DNA of 24,555 nucleotides from Perkinsus olseni (Eukaryota): NCBI GenBank assembly GCA_013115125.1, contig JABANN010000062.1, positions 62,001 to 86,555 of the forward strand, read 5' to 3'. Shown piece by piece: positions 1 to 9,826 of this stretch (position 1 is its first letter; each line of letters starts with the position of its first letter). The notes under the pieces were generated by a model. It saw only the letters and a program-made list of their open reading frames with translations, ran no database searches and was not told where the DNA came from. The position numbers and the translations under genes were made by a program.

Positions 1-1170
1 AAGGAAGCATAGGAAAGGTTGGGTGTACTCACAGATCTTTTCATCTACTTCACGACTCAACGTTAGAGGAAGATGAGAGCTAGCAGAGTTGTAGACCGTG
101 ACCAAGTCATCATCGGAAAAGTATTCCAACTGGGTGTCTGAGAATCAAACCACAATGTGAAGGACAGAAACGTAAACACCGGTCCCACTCGAGTTGGTGA
201 ATTCTGCAGGTAATGAGCCGGTATCGATCAAGTTCAATCTGGTACCATTGATGGTTTAGGGAGCGTCTGTAACGGTCGTTTCAAGGCCCGAAGGGCACAC
301 GATCTTCCTAAAGAGCACGTGAGCAAGCAACTTCAGTATGAGCGAGATGAGAACTATGAAGCAGGCATCGCTTACAGATGTTCGATGACAGCATCAGTCT
401 CACTGAACGTAACGGTAGCTGCATATCTTCTGCCTTCCAAATTTATAGAGCCGCTGTACACGCCGGGCGGCTGATGAACTGAGCAGGCACACAAACGTCA
501 TCCAGAGCAGTCACAGCCCCGTCTGGGTCAGGAGGTAACAGCAGGGGGAAGACAGCAGGGGTACTACCTGGCTGGGCTACACTCAGGAGAGAGTAACTAA
601 CGAGAGACGAGTTGACACACAGTCAGGTAGCACGAGTGTACTTACAAGCTTGCGAAGAGGAGTATCACGAGCTGATGGAGCATCTTGGTGAATTGTCTTA
701 TTGGTGTGGATGAAGCGAAAGTGAATAGCGGTAGCTGAGGCGCCTCAGTAGCGTTCCTTCAGGAACGCTAAGGCGTGCTCATCTTTTCAATACTCTCTGA
801 GTCCTTCCTTGGGGAAAATCCCATTAAGATGAACGAGGCAACTTACTGAGTATAGCTGGACGATGACTAATCCTACTCAGAAAGCCTAAGATGTGACTCC
901 CAATCAGAATAAGGCGGTCAATAGGGCGTCAACTCACACGCGGATGGGCATACGTGTGAGACTCTGTGCCCCGGGACACGTCACCACACGCCACCAAGTC
1001 GGGAGCCCTAGCGAACGGTACTCAGAGGAAAGGGAAGCCGAGGATGAAACCCCCGTCGAAGTCGATATCCTAAAGGTGAAGTATAACTCGACGTGAGAGT
1101 ACCGCAGTGTCGTCCGTGTGTTGCTACGACACAGAAGAAGACATGAAGGGGCTGTCACGACCGGGGCTGA
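1..1170 (-). pseudogene. Decayed LTR-retrotransposon gag/protease remnant
   Basis: Minus-strand translation gives an aspartic-protease motif TINGTRLNLIDTGS (LIDTGS at 214-231) and a zinc-knuckle-like CKRCLLHSSHLAHTEVAC (about 323-376). A gag-like ALAFLKERY* lies at about 745-775. Several in-frame stops are present. Boundaries are approximate and the element probably continues left of the window. Confidence 0.6.
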
Positions 1171-1171
1171 G

Positions 1172-1479
1172 TGTAACGTACACTCTAGCTATGCGCGTGA
1201 ATACCAATTGCTCGCTGACTCTGCATTGGACACTGGGACCTAATAGATCTGATCTATCATTGTTTTCATTGAGGACCTCGCCAAGACGGAGTTGCGAGGA
1301 GAGGGAAGAGCGTAGGAAATCCCTACTAGGGATGAGACATCATCGAATGATGATCACACACAGCGAGCCGACGCTAGCGCAAGCTAGCGTGCAACTCTTC
1401 AGCTAGGCTAAGGATTGATGGATCTCTATTAATCATATCCTCTGAGAGTAAGTAGCGATTCACTCATCACTACGTCACA
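1172..1479 (-). mobile_element. Probable LTR of the retroelement
   Basis: 308-bp segment with TG...CA ends and an 8/9 terminal inverted repeat (TGTAACGTA 1172-1180 / TACGTCACA 1471-1479), directly upstream of the gag remnant. No canonical TGG primer-binding site was seen, and no second copy is present to confirm it. Confidence 0.4.
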
Positions 1480-2418
1480 GCCCATCACTGATGGGTGGTG
1501 CCTTCTAGTTCGCTAGGACGACTCCTTTACCGCCTGCAACTCGGCCAGCCGTTCATGGCGGTATTCGTCCGGAGCACAGCGGCTATGGTACAGCCACGCA
1601 TTTAGCGAGGCCCGCGATGGAGGCATCTCGTCACGAGCGCGGACCCTGCTGAATGTGCTGTATATAGTGTTGTTTTTCGAATGATACTTTCGTGCAACAT
1701 CACTTGCGAATGCACAAGGGGTAGCATGGGGCAGCCAAAGCATATGCGAGAGAATCGTCGGGCCTCTGACTGGATAGCCCAGCGTTAAGTGTCACGTTAA
1801 AGATGCATTTTTCCCCAAGTACTCGCCGGTTCTAGTTCTTGATTACACACATCCTCTCGATCCTAGTGGCATGCCCTAGAGACTGAGGACGGATTCCTCG
1901 GTGAGAAGAAACTATAGGTATGAGCTGGGAATCGTCCTGGTCTGTGACGTAGAATACATCAGTAGTCTGCTATGATCATTGTGATCTCGAATCTTCCTGA
2001 AAGCATCGTGATTATAACCAGAGAGACGCCTCGTAGCGGGTTCTTGGTCCTTGCATTGAGCCCTCGGATACCCTATTCTCCAACTGGTGAATGGTGATTA
2101 TGTGGGGAGCACTAACAGTACTCCTATAGTAATGTTTGTCTTCATGTGCTCAATCAGTATAGCTGTCGTCGTCGTGATTTGGTGACCACATGAAGGAGGA
2201 ATACACGAATGTGGGACTCTCACAGCGAGGGATCATGGGTGACCAACTGCTGAACACATCGGCTAAGTGGCAGTAAATGTATCAACATAAATCATCGTAA
2301 AGAGAACCAACTCTATTGGACTCGCTACATCGAAAACTCTGCAATCGTTGGTATATATCCGTCGAACACCCGCGACTTCGTTGAGGAAATGCAAGATCCA
2401 TCAAGTGAAGCAAGTAAC

Positions 2419-3035
2419 TCAATTGTAGAGCTTAACCATATGTTGGTCCAGAACAGAAAACTCGTCCAGTCGCTTGTCGAGGTGTGAGGGGGTTACCCCA
2501 GCATTAGCGTCCGCGATGCGCTTAAGCGCTCGCCCGACAGCCTCCGGCGGATTGAGACCTAATCATGGAAATGTGCTCTGTCTGGTATCTCACCAAGTGG
2601 CTCACCAAAGGCCTTCGCTCGATCGTATCTGGCCCGTCTGGAGATGCCACAACACGGGCCGTACCTGCGATGTTGGCGAAGTGTGGTATGACGGTTGGCT
2701 GGACAGCCTCACCTCAGATCGAGATCAAACTTGCGCAGAATGAGCTCTTCAACAACCTTACAGTCCGAATCGCCGCTCCAAGACAGCACGTTTGTATCCT
2801 GACGATCAACAGGGTAGTCCACGACGGAGACACCAAGCAGACCACGTACCACACAAGTAAGGCGCTCAGGACCGTCTCCTGGTGCAGCAGTATCGGCAGG
2901 TCCATCTCCCTTTGTCTTCTGTCTAACACCACCTGAGTCCCCGCCGAAGTTGAGTCTTCGGGCTAGAGAGTTGGAAACCTCTCGAGTGATCGGATGCGGG
3001 TTGGGACGCTTCCTCGGCCTGGGCGGCGGTGGCAT
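2419..3035 (-). CDS. POLD4: DNA polymerase delta subunit 4 (p12/Cdm1 family)
   Basis: Splicing introns 2665-2712 and 2559-2605 gives LRKFDLDLRYGPCCGISRRARYDRAKAFGLNPP, matching the p12 signature LxxFDLxxxYGPCxGIxRxxRxxRAxxxGLxPP. ATG at 3035, stop TGA at 2419-2421. One further in-frame intron is possible. Confidence 0.9.
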
Positions 3036-3204
3036 GCGAACTACTGACCGCCACCTTCCCGGTGATGCATTGATAACACGACGAGCTTCTAGTGTCGAGA
3101 AAACGGTGGCATATGTTAACGAACAGGAACTTCTGCTGATAATGATTCTCCCCCTCACTGAATGATAATAATCACTGATAAGAGCTGTGCCACGTGGCCG
3201 GTGG

Positions 3205-6200
3205 CTACTGACCAGCCTGCTGCTGCTGCTGCTGACGCCGCGACGATGGTTCTAGTAAATGACTGGCTATAATACTGGCCAGTGCTCGGCTCACTTGAGG
3301 ATTAGCGGTACGGGCCGTGATACGCACCTACCAACATTCCATACCACCCCATTCTCAACTCTACACCGCGTTCCCCCACATACCAGATTAGGCTTCTTAG
3401 AAAGGTCAGTGTCTATCCTCAGCATGCATGCTATTGCAACGTGCCGGGCATTTGGACCGGACTGTCCTGGCTGTGGCGTTTGCGTCAATAATGTTCCTAA
3501 AAACAGTACAGCAGATCCACAGAATCCACTATTCCAGTGCGGAGCGGAGGACTCGACCCACCAGCAGCAGCAATTGTGTGTACTCGCCCACCGGCACCAT
3601 TCGCCATGGCATCCGGCAAGGAGATTATATGAAAGTTGAATGCCTTACTCACATACCTGACAAGAAAAATCGATCGAAATGGCGAGCGCTATTTCCACTC
3701 ACCCTTCGTATTGAGTGTATGGCACTTTAGCCTGACTGGTGACCATCGCCTCTCTTCCTCCACTCTGCATGTCCTGCCAAAACTGCAGGAATTGTTGTGC
3801 CGAGATCGCTGCCGGGGCGATGAACTTCGTCAGCACGCCTAACAACACGATCCGCACGCGGAAGATATCAAGAAAGATACTCACATGGCAGGGTCATGGG
3901 CAGCTGCTTGGTGTCCCGTCCGTTGACGTCAAAGGTTACCAGGAAGCGTGGCGGCTGCAGGAAAGGCCGCAAACACTCGACTTGGATGTACTCAATCTGA
4001 CACAAGCAGCAGACATGCTCGTTGGGAAGGGAACACCAACTTCACAGGAAATATTGCATATAAAAGGAGTTCGTCCATCGTAGATCCTACGACTACAGCT
4101 CGTCACTACTGAGGCAACTAGCAGTAGCAGCTTTGACGTGAGGAGAGCCTCGAACCACTCCCGACCATCATCATAACGATCCACCTCTTAGCACGACAAG
4201 AATGGGGAAGAAGAGCAGCCCGACTTACCGCCTGCTGTGTCGGCTCCAGCGTGTCGGGCTTCAATGGCGTTGACCTCACCCTGAACCCATCTGAAGGGTC
4301 CACTGGCACCTACAGTCGGAGTACTCTCATTCAGCTCCCGTTTCCGCAGCGAAGTTGATACCTGAGTTTTGATGTTGCGGATTGTGACATCCTCTCCCTT
4401 GTTAATAAACTGCAATGCTAATCGGCCAATGCCATGACCGTACCTGCATGAGCGATTCTATACCACTCCATTCGCAACTCCCAACTCACTCAGCCTTCAT
4501 GTTAATATGCAGGGAGTTCGACTGGAAGAAGCTGCCCTGGTCAGAGACACAAAGCTGCTTCCAAAGCACTCCAGGCGGGGTCGGCCCTGAGCAGAAAACA
4601 GACCTTACGAAATATGGCCATACGCCGTGAACCTACGCTCCCCTTCCTCGTCATCACTCTCCTCCTCCAAGTCGCTCGAGCTGACGCTTCCCTCACTGGG
4701 CGGAGCAGGACCCGAGGGCCCGGCTGCCACCACAGGCGCTGCATCACCACCACCGACTACGTTCTGAATAGCAGCAACAAAACTCATTGAAATCAGCATA
4801 TTTTGTAGTTGTAATGGGCTTGCCGTTGATGTATACAAGACGGAAGAAAACCGAAATGCAGCTCTTTTCCGCCAACTCCGCCCAGGTCTATTCGATGCCT
4901 CTATGAATTCACGAAGTACTACGGTCAACCTAGGACACCTCCGAAAGATACCCAAGGTGATCCCCCATCTACATACCAAATTCTGCCCAGAGGCGTTGTT
5001 AGATAGCAGGCCTTCCTCCTGCTTCACATCTCCTTGCTGATAAACTCCGCCTTCCGCAGCAGCAGCCTACACGATAAAAATTCCACAATAAAAATACCTT
5101 CGCTCCGCCTACTTCCTCAAGTTGCTTCCTAGTAGTCGCTCTCGTCTTCCCCTGCGTTTTGATACGCTGTTTCAGAGGGTTATTCTCCTGCGCCTAGAAA
5201 GGGACCGATTAGCTCACCAAAGCTTGCCAAGATTTCCACTGACCTCGATCGGATACGCTGGCATCATCGCAAGCGTTGTCTCAACCATGGAGTCTCCGCC
5301 AATAGTGAAGAGTCTACTCAACTCACAGGCACCTACAATCTTGCAACCTTATTCAGCCTTACGTTTTCTCAACGCTACCACTTACGTTGCTGTAGACCAC
5401 AGTCGAGCGAGTCTTGATAATCCTCGAATATGAGCAATACCTAAACACGCTTCATTTATGAAACATCGAGGAAGCTATACCAAATAATCACCAATTCACT
5501 TCCGTCAGATTCTACTATTTTGCGAGTGAGGTGGCCAAGAGATGCTTATGAAAACGTATGCAAAATGCGTACTGCGCACTCCGCTTGACGATACGACGAA
5601 GGAAACGGCAAGGAAAAAATCTTCCTTCGCTTTGGACTTCAATGAAGAAACCTTCATCATCACCATGCTCGCAGGAAAGGTTTTCCGCTGTCACCGCGTC
5701 GCGTGCACAATAAGTCCACGCTGCTGTTCACCCTCCTGTTGCTGTTGCCCCCTACTACCTCATCCTTCAGCTCATTATCCTCAGGATTGGCGTTGAGCAA
5801 CTTAGCATAGCACATCATGATGATGCACTTAGTTTCAGCACTAACCCTCCCCATATGCTTCTGTAGCAACTACCACAACAGCAAGCAGTTGAAATAGCGC
5901 TAGCCCGGCATTCCAGTCACGACCTACCCGAACTATCTCCAACGGTGTCGTCTTGCCAGCATTAACCAAGAAGTGACCGAACTCGCCCATCAAGTAGGCC
6001 GCCAGCTTAACGAGTGTCTCGTGAGGATAAGACGAGGATTTACCTGAGCATCCCGAATCCACGACAGTTACGAGGATACAGGAAGATTCTATTCTCGAGC
6101 CGTAATTCCTTTCAATATTCCACAAGTTCCTTGTTCATGCATTCAACATTATCCATACTCTTGAAGCGTCAATTGACATGGCGGGCCGAGTAAGCACCAG

Positions 6201-9200
6201 ACCCGTTGATACCACAATTTGTTGAACGGGCAGAATAATAGTTGAAATAGCATCGTGCTAGATCGCCGATATTATTCGAGCCAAACGTTATTAATTCCGC
6301 TGCGATGACGTAGGCGCTTGGCTCCGCCACCCGAGGGATCCCCGCGACGTCTTGAGTCCAGGCTTATCGTTCCTTACAAGCTTCCATGCCCTTTTCTGCT
6401 GCGTATTGTTGCACGATATCAAGTGTATCATCATCAACATCACTATTGACAAATCCAGTTACCACTTGTACCTACCAAAGATTCCTCCCTACCGCACTGC
6501 GAAGAATCCTGAATACCTACCACTCGGAACCACACATCTTGGCTGACCGACTCTGGACTGTACTCCAACATTTTGAAGACAACATCAACATACCAGGTCG
6601 GGTCGGGTGCGTTGACCTCAGCTAGGATTGCTATCTTTAGTATCTGAGCGCACAGAGAAGAAAAATTCACTCAGCAGAGAATGACTCTTCAAATAACATG
6701 ATTTTATGGTGGGATGTTTCAGATAATTGCCTCCCGTCAATAACATAGTATAACCGACTGGGCCGGCGCGCTCGAAGGTAGTCTATTGCCTTGGAAAGCC
6801 CTTCGCTCGAGAGTTCAAAAATTTTATAGCTAGAGGTGTCAGATAATTCATTCTCATAAAAAAGACAGTACAACAACCATCCATCACCGTGTGGCCTACT
6901 ATTCAGTATTGCCGACTGATAGCGTACACTCTGTCATCGAGAATGCCCGACTATGTGCTGCTACACTTTTGTGACTTACCAGCTCCTCGTGTATCCCCGC
7001 CGCTGCGCTCGGTTCGCTCTCTCGGAATTTATCAATACTAGACGGTGCGGGACGAGGGCCGGCTGAGAAGGTGACGAGTACTCAAGCTGCCACAGAGGGA
7101 GGGAGGGAGCCTGTACATGTGCTGGCCAGAGCTTCCAGGAGCTCATCGACGATGACCTGCCAGTTGCTCGGGTTACATATAGCATAGAGCAGATTCAACG
7201 CCTGTCTCTGGATGGAGGGATCATTTTCATGCAGCTGCCTCACGATAACGGTCTTATACCTGACCATCATCCTCAAGACCCCCGGTTCGAATCCTCCCTA
7301 TAGCACTACTTGTCGAAGAGATTGAGTTGATGCACCCAGTCCAAATGCGGTCCCTTCCCTTTGCTCGCCATAGAAGTACTCGCCGCAGTAGCCAGCCTCG
7401 CCATAGCGTCCATTCCCAAATATCGGATGTTGGCTTCCTTAGACGATATGAAACCACCTATCGACACGCCCGCCTCAGTCTCACTATCAGTCTCAGCAAC
7501 CTACTACTACTACTACCAAGAAGCTGCACACACGTGCGCCTGTTGTCCATGCTGCATTCACCACCCAGATGGATTATTAAATTGGTGGTCTCAAACAGGA
7601 CACCATTCTCGGCATTGGAGCGGTTAACTCTCTCAGCATCCGCTCTGTTGGACGCCCGACTCTTCTTTAGCCCGCCTAGATATGCATCCACTGGGATTCG
7701 AACCCGGGACCTCCCAGAGTACCACCTTTCTTGGACGATGCCTTAGGAATCGATTGCTCCTGCACTTCCATGACAGCCTTGCCCAGTACCTGCTTCCAAT
7801 TTCAAAGGAGCTTCAAGCCTGCACATGACAGAGAAAAAGATATGCTCTCACCCTCCCCAAGATCTCATTGAGACGGTAAATGATGGCATCGTCAAAGCAC
7901 GTCATCACAGGGAAGAACTGTAAGCATCGGAAAAGTTTCGCCTGACAAGACAAAAAACATTGCTACCGCGGTTCGAACCCGGGACCTTACCTGCAGCCAC
8001 GGTGCCGGCACTTTATAGTATACATAATGACTCGGGCATTCCCCCGTGACTACTGCTGATAGAGCAACGACTATTCCCGGTATCACGGGAGCCCATGAGG
8101 TGGGTGGTGTAGCGCCTGCAAAGCAACGCATACTAACTTTTCCTCACCATCCTCAACAACAGCAGTATGACCTGATTCTAGTATGCCTCCCAAGAGCCCC
8201 GCAGTGGCAGTCAGCATTCCGATATCTTTCTCATTGCTCAGGATATCACCAATCTTATGCGACCATTCCTCGGCCGGCATCAGATCCTCAGGGCCTGTCC
8301 ATCGACGAGGCATATCTTGCGCAGCCGCAAGAATCCATTCCCCTCATCCTTATTACTGTCCACTTCCCTATAGAACCGTAGCAAGCACATGCAAGCCTTC
8401 CTTTGGACATACAAAGAAGCACCATAGTTCTTGCTCAAGAGGCTGACGAATGAACGGATCTCCCCGAAATAAGCTAGCCCGTCTTAGTACCCCGAGACGT
8501 CCCTGTAGAGGTTCTCGGCGAACTCAGATCCGCCAGTATTCGCAATGCAATTGAGTGCTAAGGCCTGCACGTGCTCATTGTTACTTGCTATATCTGCTTT
8601 GCATGCGTTAACAATCAGCCGCAGCACCTAAAACCCAGCAAATTAGCCGACTGGACAAGATGTCACTTTCCAAAGCTCAAGGTCTCTGGATCGAACCCCA
8701 GTTCGAACTCACATCGTAATTTTCCTGCAATAGTAATGAGCATGCGATATAACCAGCATTCTTTTCACTGTACTTGGTGGAACTGATCGAAAGTTGAAGG
8801 CAATCCTCATCGTCACGATCCATCACCACCATCACCAACACAATCACCTGCATAGGTTGACGGCCTGTATGTGGCCAAAGTCAATATCATATCCGAGCAT
8901 GTACGCATACATGAGCTTCCACACATACTTCTTCTTGTCGTACCTCAACAAAGAAAGAATGTAGTACAGAGCGGAAGGCAGGTTTCGGGCAAGAATCGGA
9001 GGACACTCATCAACCACGAATCGATGGATGGAGCCCAGCCGACGGCTGTTGACGTAATAACAGAGAGGCCATGCAGGATCGGAGGTGAAGCGTGGTTAAT
9101 GACGCAGTACAATGCCATCAATAGTAGATGTGCTGTTAATGCCCTGGCCGTCAAGGCCAGTACCCTCACATCGGTGACTTGTGCCCATCCGACCCAGCAC

Positions 9201-9425
9201 TACTACTATCCTCACCCTTTGAGGCCTTTCGGGCTGGCAAATTTAGTCCGTATCTTAGCCAGCTCCTTCTCAACCCTTTGATTCTCTGCCTCCTTATTAG
9301 GGCAATTCCTGAAGGCTCCGATGACCTCACCACAGTATGATGATGAGTATGTAGAACCTTATATCCGATACAAACACCGTGAGGCCCTTCATTGACCCAC
9401 TATTGCCTGTAGTCAGCCCGGGCAT
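3205..9425 (-). CDS. AP2A: AP-2 complex subunit alpha (alpha-adaptin), multi-exon
   Basis: Spliced peptides include [66 protein letters not shown]...WYVD and [16 protein letters not shown]. The appendage platform reads [19 protein letters not shown], and the C-terminus is [20 protein letters not shown]...QQQQQQAGQ* (TAG at 3205-3207). Confidence 0.95.
4764..4976 (-). other. Long structured intron of AP2A (213 nt)
   Basis: GTATGT...TTCAG. Two hairpins of about 14 bp with several G-U pairs on the pre-mRNA strand. 5' TGTAGATGGG pairs with CCCATTACA. Confidence 0.65.
5441..5758 (-). other. Long structured intron of AP2A (318 nt)
   Basis: GTAGTA...TTTAG joins LKDE to VLLIFEDYQ. Stems TGGACTT/AAGTCCA, CGAAGGAA/TTCCTTCG, GCGGAGTGCG/CGCATTTTGC. 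Confidence 0.7.
6044..6377 (-). other. Long structured intron of AP2A (334 nt)
   Basis: GTAAGG...CTCAG joins [16 protein letters not shown]. End-to-end helix plus nested stems. Confidence 0.75.
6644..6979 (-). other. Long intron of AP2A (336 nt) with a 120-bp-period degenerate direct repeat
   Basis: GTAAGT...CTCAG joins IHEEL to ILKIAILAE. 6701-6728 and 6821-6848 match at 22/28 positions. Confidence 0.7.
7260..7309 (+). pseudogene. tRNA 3'-half relic filling a 50-nt AP2A intron (antisense to host)
   Basis: AAGAC-CCCCGG-TTCGAAT-CCTCC-CTATAGC-A: perfect B-box GGTTCGAATCC, with C72/A73 in register and a decayed T-stem. Confidence 0.55.
7676..7725 (-). pseudogene. tRNA 3'-half relic filling a 50-nt AP2A intron (sense)
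   Basis: AGGTC-CCGGG-TTCGAAT-CCCAG-TGGATGC-A: variable loop, T-arm (4/5 pairs), acceptor strand and discriminator. Confidence 0.7.
7942..7990 (-). pseudogene. tRNA 3'-half relic filling a 49-nt AP2A intron (sense)
   Basis: GTA-AGGTC-CCGGG-TTCGAAC-CGCGG-TAGCAAT-G-TTTTTT: T-arm with 4/5 pairs, then an acceptor-length segment, then a T6 run. Confidence 0.7.
8443..8490 (-). pseudogene. Possible tRNA 5'-half relic in a 48-nt AP2A intron
   Basis: GACGGGC-TA-GCTT-ATTTCGG-GGAGA resembles an acceptor strand plus A-box/D-arm (compare NNNNNNN-TA-GCTCAGTCGGTAGAG). The match is weak. Confidence 0.3.
8628..8712 (+). pseudogene. Near full-length decayed tRNA (CCA at the anticodon position, Trp-like) filling an 85-nt AP2A intron, antisense to host
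   Basis: A-box-like TAGCCGACTGG, then ACAAG, loop TTCCAAA, variable loop AGGTC and B-box-like GGATCGAACCC, all at tRNA spacing. The stems are mismatched, so it is not a functional tRNA. Confidence 0.6.
8944..9215 (-). other. Long structured intron of AP2A (272 nt)
   Basis: GTGAGG...TTGAG joins GLKG to YDKKKY. Long-range helices GGGTCGGA/TCCGATTC and GGGCAC/GTGTCC. Confidence 0.75.
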
Positions 9426-9826
9426 TCTGCGGTAATTACTCGTACAAAAAACTGCAACTATCAGACTGCGATCACCAAGCCCAACACAACTCCCCATCAA
9501 TGCTCTTAGCAGCACCACAGAGCCTGTCCGATGCCCAACACGACTGAAGCATTTCGCTTGATTTTTCTTCGTTCAACGGTGGCGGCGAAAAGTGAATTTT
9601 TCCGAACACCGCAGCCATCAACGACTCTTAGAGGAATGACGGTCAAACATGTTAGCTCCCGAAGAGGTCAATAATTGGCGCATAGTTTCTTCTAGTTTTC
9701 CCGGGAACTACAGCACGTTAAATATTCTCGGGCGTGCGCGGTTTTGCTTAGCGGAGCGATGCGCATTTTGTATTTTTCGGTCCCCCGTGGACGATTCGAT
9801 CGCCGTCACCAACATGACCCGTCACC

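Noticed and set aside
1513-1743. 76-aa minus-strand ORF, and the many other short ORF-track entries
   Set aside because: No recognisable motif in this one. Most others are antisense or off-frame shadows of the spliced genes, or run through introns.
4587-4636. TGGCCATATTTCGTAAGG as a tRNA D-arm relic in an AP2A intron
   Set aside because: It lacks the invariant GG and is too degenerate to count.
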